Below the pieces are notes generated by a model that was not told the origin of the DNA, did not search any database, and was given only the letters and a program-made list of their open reading frames with translations. This document shows positions 46,466-57,646 of a stretch of 64,000 nt of DNA, in pieces (position 1 is the stretch's first letter; every line of letters starts with the position of its first letter). This DNA comes from Bacteroidota bacterium. GTDB taxonomy: Bacteria > Bacteroidota > Ignavibacteria > Tepidaquicellales > Tepidaquicellaceae. The stretch covers positions 779,302 to 843,301 of the forward strand of contig JAFDZP010000002.1 of assembly GCA_018266835.1 (NCBI GenBank), written 5' to 3'. The translations under genes were made by a program, and so were the position numbers.

Positions 46466-47884
46466 ATGAAGGAAACAAGATTTCTGGAACTCCTCGAAAA
46501 CCTTAATGAAAAGGATTTCAAACGTCTGGGTGATTTTCTGCGTTCACCTTTTTTTAATAAAACTCATGCTGTTATTACACTTTATAATTATCTTCAAAAA
46601 ATTTTCCCTTATTTTGATAAACTGGAAATACCCAAGATGAGTGAAGTCATTTTCGGAAACGCAAAAAGTGAAAGCAAAGTAAGAAGCCTCATAACAGAAT
46701 TCTGCAAGCTTGTAGAAAAATTTTATACACAGCTCTCACTTGAAAATAATGAGCAGCATTTGCAGAACAGTCTGCTGAAATACTATTCGGAACATAATTT
46801 TACAAAAAATTTTGAGATTCTTCAAAAAAAAATAAGTCAAACCCTTCCTGATGAATTCGAAAGAGATGAAAACTTTTATCTGAATAACTCAATGTTTGAA
46901 CTTTCCAAATTTAATTTCAAACTTGAACGTAATGAAGAGAAACTTCCTGATGATATTCAGACAGTATCTGAAAACATAGATTTGTATTTTGTTAAGACCA
47001 AACTTAACATGCTTCATTTTTTATATTACTATAATAAGAGTAATGCAAAAAGTGATACAGACCTTGCTTTCTCAAAAGAAATACTTCATTATATAGAGGT
47101 GAATTCAAAGATACTGAAGAAAGAGCATCCGATTATTTATCTTAATTACTTAGTACTGATGACAATATGGAAACCGGAGGAAGAAGAGTTTTATTATGAA
47201 ATGAAGTCTCTGGTGTTTTCGAATACAGAGAACTTATCACTGGGAAATGCTGAATATTTTATTGGAGCATTGATGAACTACAGTGCGGAAAAATGCAATG
47301 AGGGCTCAGCTAAATTTCAGGTGGAAAGATTCGAGATTTACAGGCTTACGGAGAAAAATTTCATTTTTAAAAAACTCCCGTTTGTAAATCACATTGATTT
47401 TCAGAATGCCATCTCTGCATCAATTGCAGTAAACAATGTAAAATTTGCCGAGGAATTCTTATTCAATTATAAAAACAAACTCATTCCTGAGTTTAAAAAG
47501 AATACTATCGGCTTAGCAAAAGCGCAGATTTTTTTCGCCCAGAAAAATTATGATGACGCTCTGAATACTATAAATAAAATAGATTATCTCAATAGTATCT
47601 TTTATCTGAAATCGAAAGTATTGCAATCTAAAATTTATTATATGCAGAAAGAGATGAATGCTCAGTATTACTTGATTGACTCAGTTAAGCACTATCTTAA
47701 AAGAAATGAAAACAAAATTGCTAAAACAAGCTATCAGCTATTCTGGAAATATTTTTTGTATCTGCAGAAAATGATTAATCCGAAAAATGCAACGAAGTCA
47801 AAGCTGCTTGAATTGAGATTTGATCTGGAGCGGGCTAAAAATGTAGCGAGCAAAGAGTGGTTACTGCAAAATCTTCCTAAATAA
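46466..47884 (+). CDS. Hypothetical all-alpha protein (472 aa), no recognisable motifs
   Basis: Long ORF with genome-typical codon usage, divergent from the T9SS array. Confidence 0.5.
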   Translation: MKETRFLELLENLNEKDFKRLGDFLRSPFFNKTHAVITLYNYLQKIFPYFDKLEIPKMSEVIFGNAKSESKVRSLITEFCKLVEKFYTQLSLENNEQHLQNSLLKYYSEHNFTKNFEILQKKISQTLPDEFERDENFYLNNSMFELSKFNFKLERNEEKLPDDIQTVSENIDLYFVKTKLNMLHFLYYYNKSNAKSDTDLAFSKEILHYIEVNSKILKKEHPIIYLNYLVLMTIWKPEEEEFYYEMKSLVFSNTENLSLGNAEYFIGALMNYSAEKCNEGSAKFQVERFEIYRLTEKNFIFKKLPFVNHIDFQNAISASIAVNNVKFAEEFLFNYKNKLIPEFKKNTIGLAKAQIFFAQKNYDDALNTINKIDYLNSIFYLKSKVLQSKIYYMQKEMNAQYYLIDSVKHYLKRNENKIAKTSYQLFWKYFLYLQKMINPKNATKSKLLELRFDLERAKNVASKEWLLQNLPK

Positions 47885-47922
47885 TATTAAGATGCCCGTT
47901 ACTTTTGAATAACGGGCTTATT

Positions 47923-50595
47923 TTATTTCACAACTATATTTACCATTTTATTTTTTACAACTATTATCTTCACAACTTCCTTACCAAGAATATGCTTTAT
48001 AACATTCGGGTCATCAAGTGCAGTTTGTTCCAAAGTTTTATCACTGAGGTCCGGCTGCATTTCTGCTTTTCCTCTGACCTTTCCGTTCACAGAAAATACT
48101 ACTGTAACCATATCTGCTTTTGCTAAGCTTTCATCAAATTGCGGCCATTGCTGATAACTCAATGACTCTTTATTACCTAATGCGCTCCAGAGCTCTTCAG
48201 CTATATGAGGCGCAAACGGAGATATCAATAAAACAAAAGTATTTAGAATATCTTTGCTGATTTTTTCTGCTTTATATAATTCATTTGTGAAAATCATCAT
48301 CTGCGCAATTGAAGTATTGAACTTCATATCCATATCGTTTATATCATTCGTAATTTTCTTTATAGTAAAATGAAGAAGCTTATTAAGTCTTTGCTCCGGT
48401 TCTTCATCTACTATATTTGCTTTAAGATTTCCTGTCTCTTCATCTATTACTAATCTCCATATTCTTTTCAAAAATCTGTTCATACCTTCAATACCTGTTG
48501 TGCTCCATGGCTTTGCAGTTTCCAACGGTCCCATGAACATTTCAAATAATCTCAGCGAGTCCGCGCCGAACTGCGCAATCACGTCATCGGGATTTACAAC
48601 GTTCCCTCTCGACTTACTCATCTTCTGACCGTCTTCACCAAGTACCATTCCCTGATTAAATAATTTTCTGAACGGCTCATCATGCGCTACATATCCTAAG
48701 TCAAATAAAAATTTCTGCCAGAACCTTGCGTACAATAAATGACCAACAGCATGCTCCGAACCGCCGATGTATAAATCCACCGGCATCCAGTATTTTTCTT
48801 TTTCCTTATCAACAAAGACATCTGTATTCATCGGGTCAATAAATCTTAAAAAATACCAGCTAGAACCTGCAAGCTGTGGCATTGTGTTTGTCTCTCTCTT
48901 CGCAGGTTTGCCTGTTTCTTTATCTGTAATATTTACCCAGTCAGTTATATTTGCAAGCGGTGATTCACCTGTACCTGAGGGTTTATATGATTCCACATCG
49001 GGTAGTGTCAGCGGCAAATCATCTTCATTCAGTGCCTTCGATTCAGTATCATTCATATGAACTATCGGGAACGGCTCACCCCAGTATCTCTGACGTGAGA
49101 AAAGCCAGTCACGCAATCTATAGTTAACACTTCCTTTACCTAGCTTATTTTCTTCTATCCAGTGAACAATTTTTTTCTTTGCTTCGTCAGTTGTAAGTCC
49201 GCTTAAGAAACCTGAATTAAAAGCATATCCGTCACCAGGGAAACAAACGTCACCCTTCTTGGTATCTTCTAAAAACTTATGAAACTCGCTGTCGCTCTTA
49301 CCTTCTATCATTCCAATTCCGGGACCTGACATAATAATTTCACTGCCGTCTTCTGATTTTATTTTTTTGAAAGCAGCGCTTCCGTATTCAGCAGGAATAA
49401 CCACAGGAACAATTTCAAGATTAAATTTCTTTGCAAAATCCATATCGCGTTCATCATGTCCGGGCACACTCATTATAGCACCTGTTCCATAGCTAATTAA
49501 AACATAATCGGAAATCAGCACAGGAATCTTACTGTTGTTGGCAGGATTTATTGCATACGCTCCTGTAAAAGCACCTGTCTTTTCTTTTGAAAGCTCCTGT
49601 CTTTCCAGGTCGGACTTCTTTGCAGCGCTTAATATATATTCATCAACTGTCTTTAAATTTTCCGATGTAGTTATTTCAGAAACTAAAGGATGCTCCGGCG
49701 CAAGAACCATATAGGTTGCTCCGAAAATTGTATCAGGTCTTGTTGTAAACACCTCAATATATCTTCCGTCATCAAGGTTATCGCTTTCAATTTTAAATTT
49801 TATCATCGCGCCTTCGCTTCTGCCAATCCAGTTGCGCTGAATTTCTTTCAGGTTCGCAGGCCAGTCAAGTTCATCAAGGCTTTTTAATAATCTATCTGCA
49901 TATTTAGTAATGCGCAGCTTCCACTGACGCATATTTCTTCTTACAACTGTATGACCTTTTTCAATCTGCTCTGCAACTTCATCGTTTGCTAAAACTGTTC
50001 CCAGTTCAGGTGACCAGTTCACAGGACCTTCTGATAAATATGCAAGACGCTGAGAATCTAAAAATTCTCTCTTGCCCTGTGCATCAAGTCCTTCAGGAAT
50101 TTTCAACTCACTTAAAGGCTTTGCCTTATCTGCTTCAGTATCGTAATAAGAATTATATAATTTTAAAAATATCCACTGAGTCCATTTAAAAAATTTCTCA
50201 TCTGAAGTATTTATCTCTCTGTCCCAGTCATATGAAAGTCCTATTGCATCAAGCTGGCTTCTGAATCTTGCAATAGACTCAGCCGTTCTTATCTTCGGAT
50301 GTATGCCTGTCTTCAAAGCAAACTGCTCTGTCGGCAAGCCATATGCATCCCATCCCATTGGGTGAAGCACATTATATCCCTGCATTCTTTTGTATCGCGC
50401 AACTATATCAGTTGCAGTGTAGCCTTCCGGGTGACCGACATGAAGTCCGTCTCCGCTGGGATAAGGGAACATATCAAGAACGTAAAACTTAGGCTTATCT
50501 TTATCAAGCTTATCAAATTCAGGCGTGCGGAAAGTTTTATTTTCTTTCCAGAACTTCTGCCACTTCTTCTCTATTTCAATGTGATTATACTTCAA
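47923..50595 (-). CDS. leuS: Leucyl-tRNA synthetase
   Basis: 890 aa; HIGH-type motif (HVGHPEGY), KMSKS, editing domain. Confidence 0.9.
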   Translation of the reverse strand: MKYNHIEIEKKWQKFWKENKTFRTPEFDKLDKDKPKFYVLDMFPYPSGDGLHVGHPEGYTATDIVARYKRMQGYNVLHPMGWDAYGLPTEQFALKTGIHPKIRTAESIARFRSQLDAIGLSYDWDREINTSDEKFFKWTQWIFLKLYNSYYDTEADKAKPLSELKIPEGLDAQGKREFLDSQRLAYLSEGPVNWSPELGTVLANDEVAEQIEKGHTVVRRNMRQWKLRITKYADRLLKSLDELDWPANLKEIQRNWIGRSEGAMIKFKIESDNLDDGRYIEVFTTRPDTIFGATYMVLAPEHPLVSEITTSENLKTVDEYILSAAKKSDLERQELSKEKTGAFTGAYAINPANNSKIPVLISDYVLISYGTGAIMSVPGHDERDMDFAKKFNLEIVPVVIPAEYGSAAFKKIKSEDGSEIIMSGPGIGMIEGKSDSEFHKFLEDTKKGDVCFPGDGYAFNSGFLSGLTTDEAKKKIVHWIEENKLGKGSVNYRLRDWLFSRQRYWGEPFPIVHMNDTESKALNEDDLPLTLPDVESYKPSGTGESPLANITDWVNITDKETGKPAKRETNTMPQLAGSSWYFLRFIDPMNTDVFVDKEKEKYWMPVDLYIGGSEHAVGHLLYARFWQKFLFDLGYVAHDEPFRKLFNQGMVLGEDGQKMSKSRGNVVNPDDVIAQFGADSLRLFEMFMGPLETAKPWSTTGIEGMNRFLKRIWRLVIDEETGNLKANIVDEEPEQRLNKLLHFTIKKITNDINDMDMKFNTSIAQMMIFTNELYKAEKISKDILNTFVLLISPFAPHIAEELWSALGNKESLSYQQWPQFDESLAKADMVTVVFSVNGKVRGKAEMQPDLSDKTLEQTALDDPNVIKHILGKEVVKIIVVKNKMVNIVVK

Positions 50596-50623
50596 TGGAG
50601 TTTTATTGTATTAATTTTAAATT

Positions 50624-51076
50624 TTAACTTAAGAATAACTTTTGAACTTCTTTTAAATCTTCATCAGATGCCTTGGGTCCCATAGCTGTTGAAAGCGAAC
50701 CCTGATAGTTTTCGTAGAACTTCGGTTCGCCAGAATTTATTGCTTTGAATTCCTTATCAAGTCCATGCAGCGGATATAATTTTATGTGCGCGTGGTTTAC
50801 ACCCATCCCTTCCATTACTAAAGCGGTTCTCACGACTCCAAGTTTTTCATCAATCATTTTGCCGAGCTTTTTTGCAGTCAAAAAAAACTTAGAATAAATT
50901 TCTTCAGGCATTTCGAATGCATACGAATCGTAATGCTCCTTTGGAATTACAAGCGTCATGCCTTTAGTATTAGGGAAGACATCAAGTATTCCGATAAAAT
51001 CATCGTCTTCATATATTTTATATGAAGGGATTTCACCTGAAACGATTTTGCAAAAAATACAATCGGGATTTTTCAT
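50624..51076 (-). CDS. HIT-family (histidine triad) protein
   Basis: Histidine triad GVNHAHIKLYP. Confidence 0.75.
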   Translation of the reverse strand: MKNPDCIFCKIVSGEIPSYKIYEDDDFIGILDVFPNTKGMTLVIPKEHYDSYAFEMPEEIYSKFFLTAKKLGKMIDEKLGVVRTALVMEGMGVNHAHIKLYPLHGLDKEFKAINSGEPKFYENYQGSLSTAMGPKASDEDLKEVQKLFLS

Positions 51077-51140
51077 AATTCAATGAAAATAGCGATTTTA
51101 GAGGTGTAATTCAGTGGATAAAAAGTGCCTATATTGTTAA

Positions 51141-51256
51141 TCTAACCACAGATTACACAGAGAATTATCACAGAGAACACAGATTTTATACGTTAAAAAA
51201 TAATATTTCCAGCTTTGTGTCCTCTGTGTAGATTTCTGTGTTCTCTGTGGTTTAGA
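51141..51256. repeat. Long imperfect palindrome built from CACAGAGA-type repeats in the HIT / PIG-L divergent intergenic region
   Basis: Left arm ctaaccacagattacacagagaattatcacagagaacacagatttt. The reverse complement of the right arm is ctaaaccacagagaacacagaaatctacacagaggacaca. A ~28-nt AT-rich loop lies between. Confidence 0.6.
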
Positions 51257-51297
51257 ACATGCATTTAATTGTAAGTTCAATATCGGTATATTTGCAG

Positions 51298-52005
51298 ATG
51301 AAAAATTTAGACGCGATTTTTTTCTCAGCCCATCCTGATGATGTTGAATTATCTGCCGGCGGGACTGTTATTGCTCTTGTTAAAGCAGACTTTAAAATCG
51401 GAATTGTTGATTTAACCCAAGGCGAACTATCTACACGCGGAAATCTAAAATCACGTGCGGTTGAAACTAAGAACGCTTCGAATCTTATGGGAATCCATCA
51501 CAGAGAAAATTTAAAGATTCAGGATGGCAACATTGAGAACAATGAAAAGAACAGAAAAAAAATAATAGAAGTCGTTAGAAAGTTCAGACCTAAAATTGTT
51601 TTTGCTCCATTCAATTGTGACAGGCATCCTGACCATATAAATGCAAGTAATCTTTTGAGAGAAAGTTTTTTTTATGCGGGACTAATTAAGATAAAAACAA
51701 AATCCCCTGCTTACAGACCCGGTAAAGTTTATTATTACGCGCAGCACTTTGATATTCCTACAAGTTTTATATTCGATATATCAGATACATACGAACAAAA
51801 AATAAAGGCAGTAAAATGCTACGAAACTCAATTTTTTACCGATGATAAAAAAGGACCGCAGACATACATAAGCGGAAAATCATTCGGAGATAATCTTGAA
51901 GCGCGCTCAATTAACTGGGGATTTAAAATCGGAGTTAAATACGGCGAGCCGTTCTATACAGAAAGCGAATTAAAAATTACAGAAGATACTTTGTTTAAAA
52001 TATAA
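51298..52005 (+). CDS. PIG-L/LmbE-family N-acetylglucosaminyl deacetylase (BshB-like). The start is taken at MKNLD; the longer 51259 start lies inside the palindrome.
   Basis: AHPDDVELSAGGT signature of the LmbE/PIG-L family. Confidence 0.7.
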   Translation: MKNLDAIFFSAHPDDVELSAGGTVIALVKADFKIGIVDLTQGELSTRGNLKSRAVETKNASNLMGIHHRENLKIQDGNIENNEKNRKKIIEVVRKFRPKIVFAPFNCDRHPDHINASNLLRESFFYAGLIKIKTKSPAYRPGKVYYYAQHFDIPTSFIFDISDTYEQKIKAVKCYETQFFTDDKKGPQTYISGKSFGDNLEARSINWGFKIGVKYGEPFYTESELKITEDTLFKI

Positions 52006-52743
52006 TTGAATGGAATGATAGATTTAGAAAGAAGAAAAATATTGGTTTTTGATTTAGAGGTCGCTGCATATGATTTCGAAACTCATTACGACGAAGAAAC
52101 AAAAGCGTATCTTACAAAATTTGCAGCAACTGAACAGGAGAAACTAAACTCAATAGATGCATTAACTTTTTCTCCTTTCACATCACAAATAGTCTGCATA
52201 GGTTTATATGATTTAAGCCGTGATAAAAAATGTTGCCTGATTAACGTGGATGAAAACTACGAAAAGCAGCCTGAAGATGAAAAGGAAGAGTATGTATTCG
52301 GCACGGAAAAAGAAATTGTTGATATTTTCTGGAAGAGCATTGCAACTTATAAATACGATATTTTTGTAACGTTTAACGGACGGGAATTTGATTGCCCGTT
52401 TATTATGTTAAGAAGTTTAGTGCTGGGCATAAGACCGTCATACAATTTAATGAAAGGTTCGGATTTTACATTTAAAGATTACCATGTAGATTTATTAAAG
52501 GAACTGACTTTTCACAAACACTCGCCGCAGGGAGCAAGAAGAAAATTTACTCTGGATTTTTACTGCAAACAACTGGGAGTTGAAAGCTCTAAGGACGGAG
52601 GAGTTACGGGAGATATGGTCGGTCCGCTCTTCAGAGATAAACAGTACAGGACCATTGCAGATTACTGCATAAGAGATGTTGTAACCGAAGCAGAGCTTTT
52701 TAAAAAATGGAATGAGCTTTTAAATTTTAACCAGCTGTACTAA
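52006..52743 (+). CDS. RNase-H-fold 3'-5' exonuclease-like protein
   Basis: Exo I-like LVFDLE acidic motif. The assignment is tentative. Confidence 0.4.
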   Translation: MNGMIDLERRKILVFDLEVAAYDFETHYDEETKAYLTKFAATEQEKLNSIDALTFSPFTSQIVCIGLYDLSRDKKCCLINVDENYEKQPEDEKEEYVFGTEKEIVDIFWKSIATYKYDIFVTFNGREFDCPFIMLRSLVLGIRPSYNLMKGSDFTFKDYHVDLLKELTFHKHSPQGARRKFTLDFYCKQLGVESSKDGGVTGDMVGPLFRDKQYRTIADYCIRDVVTEAELFKKWNELLNFNQLY

Positions 52744-52808
52744 AACAAATAAGAATTTTAAAATAAAATTATAAAAATAAATTAAAAATTAATTAAGGAG
52801 AAATAAAA

Positions 52809-53144
52809 ATGAACTTAGGTCAAATGCAGGGAATGATGAAACAAGTGAAAAAGATGCAGGAAAAAATGGACAATGTTAATCAGGAGCTTGAAGGTAAATT
52901 TGTTACTGAAGAATCAGGCGGCGGAATGGTGAAAGTTACAATGAACGGAAAAAATGTCATCACAAAAATTGAAATTGAAAAAGAAATCATCAAAGCAGAA
53001 GAATCTGAAGTGCTTGAAGATCTTTTAATTGCTGCTGTGAACAAAGCAATAGAAAGCTCAAAGAAAATGGCTGATGACGAAATGTCAAAGGCAACTGCAG
53101 GTATGATTCCAAATATTCCGGGATTAAATCTTCCGAAATTTTAA
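52809..53144 (+). CDS. ybaB: Nucleoid-associated protein YbaB/EbfC
   Basis: 111 aa; [20 protein letters not shown] ... [12 protein letters not shown] typical of YbaB. Confidence 0.85.
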   Translation: MNLGQMQGMMKQVKKMQEKMDNVNQELEGKFVTEESGGGMVKVTMNGKNVITKIEIEKEIIKAEESEVLEDLLIAAVNKAIESSKKMADDEMSKATAGMIPNIPGLNLPKF

Positions 53145-53172
53145 TTAACGATTTTTTATATCCGATACAACA

Positions 53173-53781
53173 ATGAACGGCACATCAGATATACTTGATA
53201 TATTAATTGACGAGTTTGCAAAGCTACCTTCCATCGGCAGAAAAACTGCGCAGCGCCTTGCTATGCATGTTACAAAGCAGCCGCTGGAAGATATAGAACA
53301 ATTTTCTAAAGCTCTTATAGAGACAAAGAAAAAAATAAAGTTCTGCAAAACCTGTATGAATATTACTGAGAACGAAGAATGTAAGATATGCTCTTCCGAC
53401 AGAAGAAACAAAAATGTTATCTGCGTTGTGGAAGAGCCGCAGGATGTTTTTGCAATTGAAAAAACGAATGAGTTCAAAGGAGTTTATCACGTTCTTCATG
53501 GGAGAATTTCTCCGTTGGACGGAATTGGTCCAAACGATATCAAACTCCGTGAACTGATAATGAGACTTGATGAAAGCTCGGGTAATACAATCACTGAGTT
53601 AATCTTAGCATTAAATCCCACTGTTGAAGGTGAAACAACAATATTATACATTTCAAAATTAGTTAAACCACTGGGAATAAAAATTTCACGCATTGCGCGC
53701 GGAATACCTATCGGAGCAGATATCGAGCTCACCGATGAAGTCACACTTGCAAAAGCAATGGAAGGAAGAGTTGATGTCTAA
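53173..53781 (+). CDS. recR: Recombination protein RecR
   Basis: HhH LPSIGRKTAQRLA, C4 zinc finger (CKTC...CKIC), Toprim domain. Confidence 0.9.
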   Translation: MNGTSDILDILIDEFAKLPSIGRKTAQRLAMHVTKQPLEDIEQFSKALIETKKKIKFCKTCMNITENEECKICSSDRRNKNVICVVEEPQDVFAIEKTNEFKGVYHVLHGRISPLDGIGPNDIKLRELIMRLDESSGNTITELILALNPTVEGETTILYISKLVKPLGIKISRIARGIPIGADIELTDEVTLAKAMEGRVDV

Positions 53782-54529
53782 GCAAACACCATGGTACGTT
53801 AACTGGTTCTCAAGCAAGCTTTATCTCGAACTATATAAACACCGCAACGAAGACGATGCTCGTAATTTAATTAACCTTGTGCAACGGGTTCTTCCGTTAA
53901 AAAAATGTGATAAAGTGCTTGATGTCTGCTGCGGCGCAGGAAGATATTCAATTGAATTAGCGCGTAGAGGATTTGAGGTTACGGGATTTGACCTATCTAA
54001 ATTTTTAATTTCCGAAGCAAAGAAAAATTTCAAAGCTCTGCCGGAGAAATACATTAAAGCAAAGTTTCTCAATAAGGATATGAGAAAGTTTGACTTCAAT
54101 CACTCCTTTGATTTAGCTGCAAACTTATTTACCAGCTTTGGATATTTTTCTGAAGATGAAGAAAATTTTCTTGTTATAAAGAACGTTTCCGCCTCCCTTA
54201 AGAAAAACGGATACTTTGTTTTTGATTTCCTCAACGGTAATTATTTAAGAAAGAACATTGTTCCCTATGATAAGAAGATTTTTTTAGGAAAAGAGTTTAC
54301 TTCGAAGAGAACAATCACAGGTGATTTTGTAAGAAAAGAGATCACAGTAAAATCAGGTACAAAAAAAATCAATTATGAAGAAGTACTGAAGTTATATAAA
54401 ATTGAAACACTGAAGAAAGTTTTTAACGATAATAGATTAAAAGTTATATATTCTTTCGGTGATTATTACGGTAATAAATATAACAAAGATAAATCTCAGA
54501 GACTGATATTAATTGCGCAAAAATTTTAA
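53774..54529 (+). CDS. Class I SAM-dependent methyltransferase (start MSKQT overlapping the recR stop)
   Basis: Motif I VLDVCCGAGRYS. Confidence 0.7.
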   Translation: MSKQTPWYVNWFSSKLYLELYKHRNEDDARNLINLVQRVLPLKKCDKVLDVCCGAGRYSIELARRGFEVTGFDLSKFLISEAKKNFKALPEKYIKAKFLNKDMRKFDFNHSFDLAANLFTSFGYFSEDEENFLVIKNVSASLKKNGYFVFDFLNGNYLRKNIVPYDKKIFLGKEFTSKRTITGDFVRKEITVKSGTKKINYEEVLKLYKIETLKKVFNDNRLKVIYSFGDYYGNKYNKDKSQRLILIAQKF

Positions 54530-55097
54530 AATATTTTTTTTTCTTCTTTTATATGTAAGCGGATGCGGCTTGTTCGAAACAAGAGATGTTGAAATTCCGA
54601 ACACTCCGCGCTCTAACTTCATTCCCCCGACTACTCCCGATATTGTTATAACAAATTTTACCTCAGCAATTTTTCAGCGGGATATAAACAATTATACAAA
54701 TTGTATTTCTGATTCCAATTTCAGCGGAGCGCGTTTTTCATATTTCCCGGATGTTATTTCTCAGGGGACTTATCCTATATTTGCTTCATGGGATAAAAAC
54801 AAAGAAAACTCTTACTTCACTAATTTAGTTACTCAGACTTCTGAGGCTTCCACTTCAAATTTATTTTTATCGAATGTTTCTTCCAACATAACCAGTGACT
54901 CTGCTGTTTATGACTCAGACTATCTGTTAATATTTAATCATAACCGCGCCAATGTCGCAAGGCAGGCAAAAGGAAAACTGCGGTTTGTAATAACACATGA
55001 TTCAAGAAATCTGTGGTCGATAAAAAGCTGGACGGATTTTCGTGTGAATGATTCAGATACAACATGGAGTGTTATAAAAGCTAATTTCAGCAATTAA
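54513..55097 (+). CDS. Hypothetical lipoprotein
   Basis: Signal peptide with lipobox YVSGCG. Confidence 0.5.
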   Translation: MRKNFKIFFFLLLYVSGCGLFETRDVEIPNTPRSNFIPPTTPDIVITNFTSAIFQRDINNYTNCISDSNFSGARFSYFPDVISQGTYPIFASWDKNKENSYFTNLVTQTSEASTSNLFLSNVSSNITSDSAVYDSDYLLIFNHNRANVARQAKGKLRFVITHDSRNLWSIKSWTDFRVNDSDTTWSVIKANFSN

Positions 55098-55115
55098 GAA
55101 GACGGGCATGGGCTT

Positions 55116-55985
55116 ATGGAAGTTTCCGAAAGAAAATTTATTCACATTGTAAACTATTTAGTCTTCGGGAATATTTTCATTGCAATCTGCGCAGTGCTGA
55201 TGTCTTACTACACATTCGTTGTTTTTAGCTCGCCCTTGAATTTTACTTTACTAGGATTTATTTTCTTCGCTTCAATAAGCAGTTATTCATTCCATTCATA
55301 CCTGCCTACAACTGAGAAAGAATATTCAGAAAAAGTTACGTGGGGTTTGCAGCACAGAAAATATTTTTTAACGCTGCTTATTGTAGGAGCAATCGGCTCA
55401 ACAGTGTTTCTATATTTCTTCAATCAGGATTTGAAGTTAATTCTGACTTTAATTGTATTTACCGTTTTATATTCTTCACCTAAAATAAAATTTGAAAAAT
55501 TCAGTTTTTTTAAAAGATTCGGAACTGCAAAAACACTTTATCTTGCTTTAATCTGGACGCTGGTAACAGTATCGCTCCCTCTTAGTATGATTACTTCCTA
55601 CGATGGAAACGCCGGAGTTTTATTTTTTCTGAACAGATTTTTTCTAATATATGCAATCTGTGTTCTGTTTGATTTGAAGGACAAAGAATATGATATTCAG
55701 CGGGGTATACGAAGCATAATCACCATTCTGGACGAGAAGAAAATCCAAATGCTTTTTATAATTACGTTAATTTTATTCTTTATATCATCCTTTGCATTTT
55801 TTATTTTCAGAAACAGCGGATTGATTATTACAACGTTAATTATACCCGGAATATTGTTATTATTTTTACTTAAGAAAAGCAAAGAGACGAAATCGGATTA
55901 CTGGTTTTCATTTTTATTAGATGGAGTAATGATGCTTTCTTCCATACTATATTTAATTGCAACAGGAATTAAAAAACTTTACTGA
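55116..55985 (+). CDS. Polytopic membrane protein, possibly a UbiA-family prenyltransferase
   Basis: 8-9 TM. An Asp-rich DxxDxxxD motif (DLKDKEYD) in a cytoplasmic loop. The assignment is tentative. Confidence 0.35.
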   Translation: MEVSERKFIHIVNYLVFGNIFIAICAVLMSYYTFVVFSSPLNFTLLGFIFFASISSYSFHSYLPTTEKEYSEKVTWGLQHRKYFLTLLIVGAIGSTVFLYFFNQDLKLILTLIVFTVLYSSPKIKFEKFSFFKRFGTAKTLYLALIWTLVTVSLPLSMITSYDGNAGVLFFLNRFFLIYAICVLFDLKDKEYDIQRGIRSIITILDEKKIQMLFIITLILFFISSFAFFIFRNSGLIITTLIIPGILLLFLLKKSKETKSDYWFSFLLDGVMMLSSILYLIATGIKKLY

Positions 55986-56504
55986 TTGAAGTTTAATTAT
56001 AAAAATATTGTATTCGGAATTTTTCTTCTAACGATAGGAATTGCTTTATCCTCCTGCGAAAACATCTTTGCACCCAAAATTGACACAACCAGTACTACAA
56101 ATATAATCACTGACCAGAAAACCATCGAAGGGCTGTATCAGAATTTCCGCTACGCATATACTTTCAAAGATACAACGGTTTACAGCGGACTTTTAACGGA
56201 TGATTTCGTTTTCACTTACAGAGATTACAATTTAGGTTACGATGTTTCATGGGATAAATATACTGAGATGCGGACTACTAGCGGATTGTTTCAGAACACT
56301 CAGAAACTGGAAATTATCTGGAACAACATTGTCTATCAGGACGGAGATTCCTTAAATACTAATGTAAGGCGGAGTTTAAATTTAACGATTACCTTCAACC
56401 CGAACAACGTTGAACGGTTGAACGGGTTTGCAGATATGAACTTGGTGCGCGAGACTTCCGATTCAAAATGGAAGATTAAAAAATGGCGCGATGAAAGTTT
56501 TTAA
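55986..56504 (+). CDS. Hypothetical lipoprotein (TTG start)
   Basis: Signal peptide with lipobox ALSSCEN. Confidence 0.45.
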   Translation: MKFNYKNIVFGIFLLTIGIALSSCENIFAPKIDTTSTTNIITDQKTIEGLYQNFRYAYTFKDTTVYSGLLTDDFVFTYRDYNLGYDVSWDKYTEMRTTSGLFQNTQKLEIIWNNIVYQDGDSLNTNVRRSLNLTITFNPNNVERLNGFADMNLVRETSDSKWKIKKWRDESF

Positions 56505-56508
56505 ACTT

Positions 56509-57585
56509 TTATTGATTTGTTAAGAACTGACTTTTTAAATCTTCAAAATAATATCTCTCATAAGGCTTACCGTTTTTCATCAGGTATTCAATAATTTCAT
56601 CAAGTTTTTCTTTGGGAATATTCCATCCGTACTCACGGTTATACTCATTCAGTATATTTTCTTTTGTAGTGAAAGTCATTAAAGACGGGTCATTCCAATT
56701 ATCTCTTGATAAATCTTTCCCCTGATAGTTATAAATATCTTTGAAAAATGAGATATAATGTCCGTAGTCGTCCTGACTTAATTCATATGTTTTATAAATT
56801 ATTCTTACAGGGAATTTATCAATCTCGTCAAAATCATACGTCATTGATTTTTTACTTTTCACCCAGCTTGTAAGGTCTTTCGATTTCACAACTCTTTTAA
56901 GAATGAACTCTTTCATCTTCTTAATATTGTCGTTGTCGTTTCTTACGCATCCGTGCGATTCGTATCTCAATGTTTTTTTCAAAACACCGGGTTTATTTGT
57001 TCCGTGGAAATATCTGAGTGAACGCTCATCATAATGAACTACAAAAAGTCCAAGCGGATTTCCGGGTCCCGGAGGTGTTGCTTCAACATCTTTCTTGGCA
57101 GGATCAGGATCTTTCCATGAAGGCCAGTTCCTTATTCTGAATGCTTTGTAGTTTCCTGTATAAGTTTTATCAGTTACTCTGCCGACAACATTAGGCCAGG
57201 TATCGATGTAGATTGTATCCTGTGCATATAGCTGATAGATGTGTGATTCAAACTGCGGAATGTTCAGCTCCCATAAAATTTTAGCAGTATCAGCTAAAAA
57301 ACTTTTGGGGATCTGATATGTAACTTTGTAGAGAACGTCAGTTTTTGTGCTGTCGTTTATCTGTTCAACTTTCTGAGTTGCAGTTATATCGCCAATCCAT
57401 TTATCGCTGAGTATAGCAAACCTGTCAAGAAGAAAATCCTGTAACGCTGCATCAGCATCAGATAAACTTCCTGCTTCAATAGTATATGGAACAGTCGCTA
57501 ACTTTTTATTATTTACCTGGGAGAATGCGCCGCTGTATGCAAATAGCAGGGCAAGAACTAAAAATAAATTATATCGGGGTTTCAA
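56509..57585 (-). CDS. L,D-transpeptidase (YkuD) family protein
   Basis: Signal peptide. Catalytic YFHGT...SHGCVRN motif. Confidence 0.7.
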   Translation of the reverse strand: MKPRYNLFLVLALLFAYSGAFSQVNNKKLATVPYTIEAGSLSDADAALQDFLLDRFAILSDKWIGDITATQKVEQINDSTKTDVLYKVTYQIPKSFLADTAKILWELNIPQFESHIYQLYAQDTIYIDTWPNVVGRVTDKTYTGNYKAFRIRNWPSWKDPDPAKKDVEATPPGPGNPLGLFVVHYDERSLRYFHGTNKPGVLKKTLRYESHGCVRNDNDNIKKMKEFILKRVVKSKDLTSWVKSKKSMTYDFDEIDKFPVRIIYKTYELSQDDYGHYISFFKDIYNYQGKDLSRDNWNDPSLMTFTTKENILNEYNREYGWNIPKEKLDEIIEYLMKNGKPYERYYFEDLKSQFLTNQ

Positions 57586-57646
57586 AAAAATTATTTTAAT
57601 TAAATTATAAAATGAGAAAGTGTTAAAGTACTAGTGTAATATTGTA

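Noticed and set aside
51259-51297. Longer N-terminus of the PIG-L/LmbE gene (MHLIVSSISVYLQ...)
   Set aside because: The upstream ATG lies within the right arm of the large palindrome. The conserved family N-terminus begins at MKNLDAIFFSAHPDD (51298).
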